Source of the DNA: an uncultured Rhodothermales bacterium
Lineage (GTDB): Bacteria > Bacteroidota > Rhodothermia > Rhodothermales > UBA10348
DNA: 64,000 bases
Direction of reading: 5' to 3'
Assembly (NCBI GenBank): GCA_964383365.1
Contig: CAYLHF010000012.1
Span: 8,745 to 72,744, forward strand
Both the position numbers and the translations under genes were made by a program. This document shows, one piece after another, positions 62,606 through 64,000 of the stretch. The notes under the pieces were generated by a model. The model was not told the origin of the DNA, did not search any database, and saw only the letters and a program-made list of their open reading frames with translations. How positions within the stretch are numbered: position 1 is the first letter of the stretch; the number at the start of each line of letters is the position of its first letter.

Positions 62606-64000
62606 CTAACGAATGAGCGTCAGCGTGTGGGTTCGCTGTCCAGACGGAGCCACCAACCTGCATAGATAGGTTCCGCCGGCGAGTTGATCGGGCGTGAACT
62701 CCATCTCGTGTACCCCCATCGAGAGCCTGCCAGAGAACACAGAACCCACTCTCCGACCCGTCATATCGAATACGTCCACGGAAACATCGCCCGCCTTTGC
62801 GATGGAAAACCGGATCGTTGTTCGGTCCGAGAACGGATTGGGGTAGTTTTCGAATGTGGACTCGATGTCTAACGGAGCATCCTGATCCGTCCGTTCTGTC
62901 AATCGGTTACCGTCATAGACCGCTTCGCCCGTTCCGTCTGATACGGCTCGATGAGAGGCTGAAAGGTCTACACGCGTGGGGATTTCGACGTATCTCTTTC
63001 CCCCGGCTGTCTGAATTCTAATCGTGTATTGATCGGGTATTTCACGTACGATCCAGGTCCACGAGCGTTCTTCAAGTGGAATACCTGACGCCAGCGTAGT
63101 AAAGTCATTTCCACTTCCGCGCGAAATCAAGATATCGACACTTCCGGATCGAAAACCTTTGTATTTCCACGTGATGGGCACCTCATCGTTAATAACAACA
63201 GAAGAGAGCCCGGTTTTGTCAGGGGCAATCATAACTCCAAGTTCGTACGGCGTAATGCGCACCTTTCCCCGTACATCGACAAATTGCCCCGTTGTCTGAT
63301 CGTAAATTCCGACATCATAGGAACCTGATCCGTCCAGACAGTCAATCCGCATGGGTTCACGGGGTAATTCAATCCGGACCACCTCGGTTTGTCCTGCCGG
63401 AATCCGAAGCTTTGCCGTCGTCACGTGGCAATCGAGTTGAAGGAATACCGGTCCACCTGTTCTGACAGGTGCCATATAAATGTCCAGTGGATACTCGCCC
63501 GAATCGTGCTTAGTCGTGTTGGAAACAGACAGACTCAACAAACGGCCATCTCGGCGATCCATTGGGATACGGGTAGTCGAAACCGATTCAGCATCTTCAG
63601 GAGATAAGGTGAGATGAACCCAATTGTCGAAACGTACGGTCTCGGTCGGTCCCTGAAACCCATCATCTGTCATCGCCCGGACGTACCACGTTCCCGGCGA
63701 GAGACAGGCAATGTCATCCGGACGAATGGTAACATCGCCCGAGAGCGCTTCGTCCGGATCAAAATGGAATTCAAGCGACGAGACCATGCAGTCGTTGAGA
63801 TCGACCTGGGTATCCGATGAAAAGTACAAGCTGATATAGTCGGTCCGAAACTCGGTCTTATTATTTCTGGCAGCTACCCGAAGTACGATCACCTGATCCT
63901 CCCCTTCCGGAGGAGTCAATCCGATATCTGAAACAACACTCAAGAAATGGTTGGTATCGCCCGGAGTCCCCGGGTTTCCCATCGTGCCAGAGATACGTCT
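62606..64000 (-). CDS. T9SS-sorted hypothetical protein (5' end beyond window)
   Basis: The frame stays open to the window end, with no stop upstream of the ATG at 63982. The C-terminus ENYPNPFSDRTTIRFSIAKAGDVSVDVFDMTGRRV...GTYLCRLVAPSGQRTHTLTLIR is a T9SS CTD. The body looks like beta-sandwich repeats and I recognise no catalytic motif. Confidence 0.65.
   Translation of the reverse strand, partial: RRISGTMGNPGTPGDTNHFLSVVSDIGLTPPEGEDQVIVLRVAARNNKTEFRTDYISLYFSSDTQVDLNDCMVSSLEFHFDPDEALSGDVTIRPDDIACLSPGTWYVRAMTDDGFQGPTETVRFDNWVHLTLSPEDAESVSTTRIPMDRRDGRLLSLSVSNTTKHDSGEYPLDIYMAPVRTGGPVFLQLDCHVTTAKLRIPAGQTEVVRIELPREPMRIDCLDGSGSYDVGIYDQTTGQFVDVRGKVRITPYELGVMIAPDKTGLSSVVINDEVPITWKYKGFRSGSVDILISRGSGNDFTTLASGIPLEERSWTWIVREIPDQYTIRIQTAGGKRYVEIPTRVDLSASHRAVSDGTGEAVYDGNRLTERTDQDAPLDIESTFENYPNPFSDRTTIRFSIAKAGDVSVDVFDMTGRRVGSVFSGRLSMGVHEMEFTPDQLAGGTYLCRLVAPSGQRTHTLTLIR

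Noticed and set aside
1-64000. Mobile elements, integrases, tRNA/rRNA genes and prophage content
   Set aside because: No transposase- or integrase-like ORF, terminal inverted repeat pair or tRNA-like cloverleaf region was noticed. The intergenic spaces are short.

Overview
This 64 kb window is chromosomal DNA of mid GC content, and almost all of it is coding. It looks like a member of the FCB group (Bacteroidota, Rhodothermota or Ignavibacteriota-like). The main evidence is at least five proteins ending in type IX secretion (T9SS) C-terminal sorting domains, plus a PorV/PorQ-like gene. I cannot assign a finer taxon. From left to right the window contains:

- **1-10.5 kb:** a T9SS cargo block. 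It holds an FG-GAP protein, a TonB-dependent receptor, a 1133-aa Ca-binding-like protein, a PorV-like protein and a T9SS-sorted PGRP-type amidase.
- **11.0-24.7 kb:** a Wzx/Wzy-type exopolysaccharide cluster. It encodes UDP-glucuronate decarboxylase, a Wzc-like co-polymerase/ATPase, a flippase fused to a Bud32/RIO-like kinase domain, a Wzy/O-antigen-ligase-like protein, WecG/TagA, GT4, a WbaP-like priming transferase, an EptA-like transferase and a NodB deacetylase.
- **24.9-31.3 kb:** a propeller-type sensor kinase, an acyl-CoA desaturase and a CocE/NonD peptidase.
- **31.7-40.6 kb:** DNA-repair genes rmuC and addA/addB, with a divergent DEDDh exonuclease.
- **42.5-60.7 kb, minus strand:** the most interesting region. 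A propeller sensor kinase and a sigma-54 (NtrC-type) regulator are followed by an unknown 415-aa protein and a T9SS-sorted protein with two EB_dh/DOMON-like domains, each carrying CTTMCH. Next come an ACIII/Qrc-like module (pentaheme, molybdopterin-like, FeS, NrfD-like, small membrane protein, tetraheme) and a barrel / 12-heme / lipoprotein-cytochrome triad in Geobacter ombB-omaB-omcB order. I read this as a candidate extracellular electron-transfer system.
- **60.9-64.0 kb:** a textbook sigma-54 promoter drives a divergent S8 protease that carries a codon-diverged GWLRRY x3 repeat. This is followed by an 11-bp-phased GAGACAC array and a further T9SS cargo gene cut by the window end.

I saw no rRNA, tRNA, CRISPR array, transposase or integrase. 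All family calls come from reading motifs by eye and need HMM confirmation.
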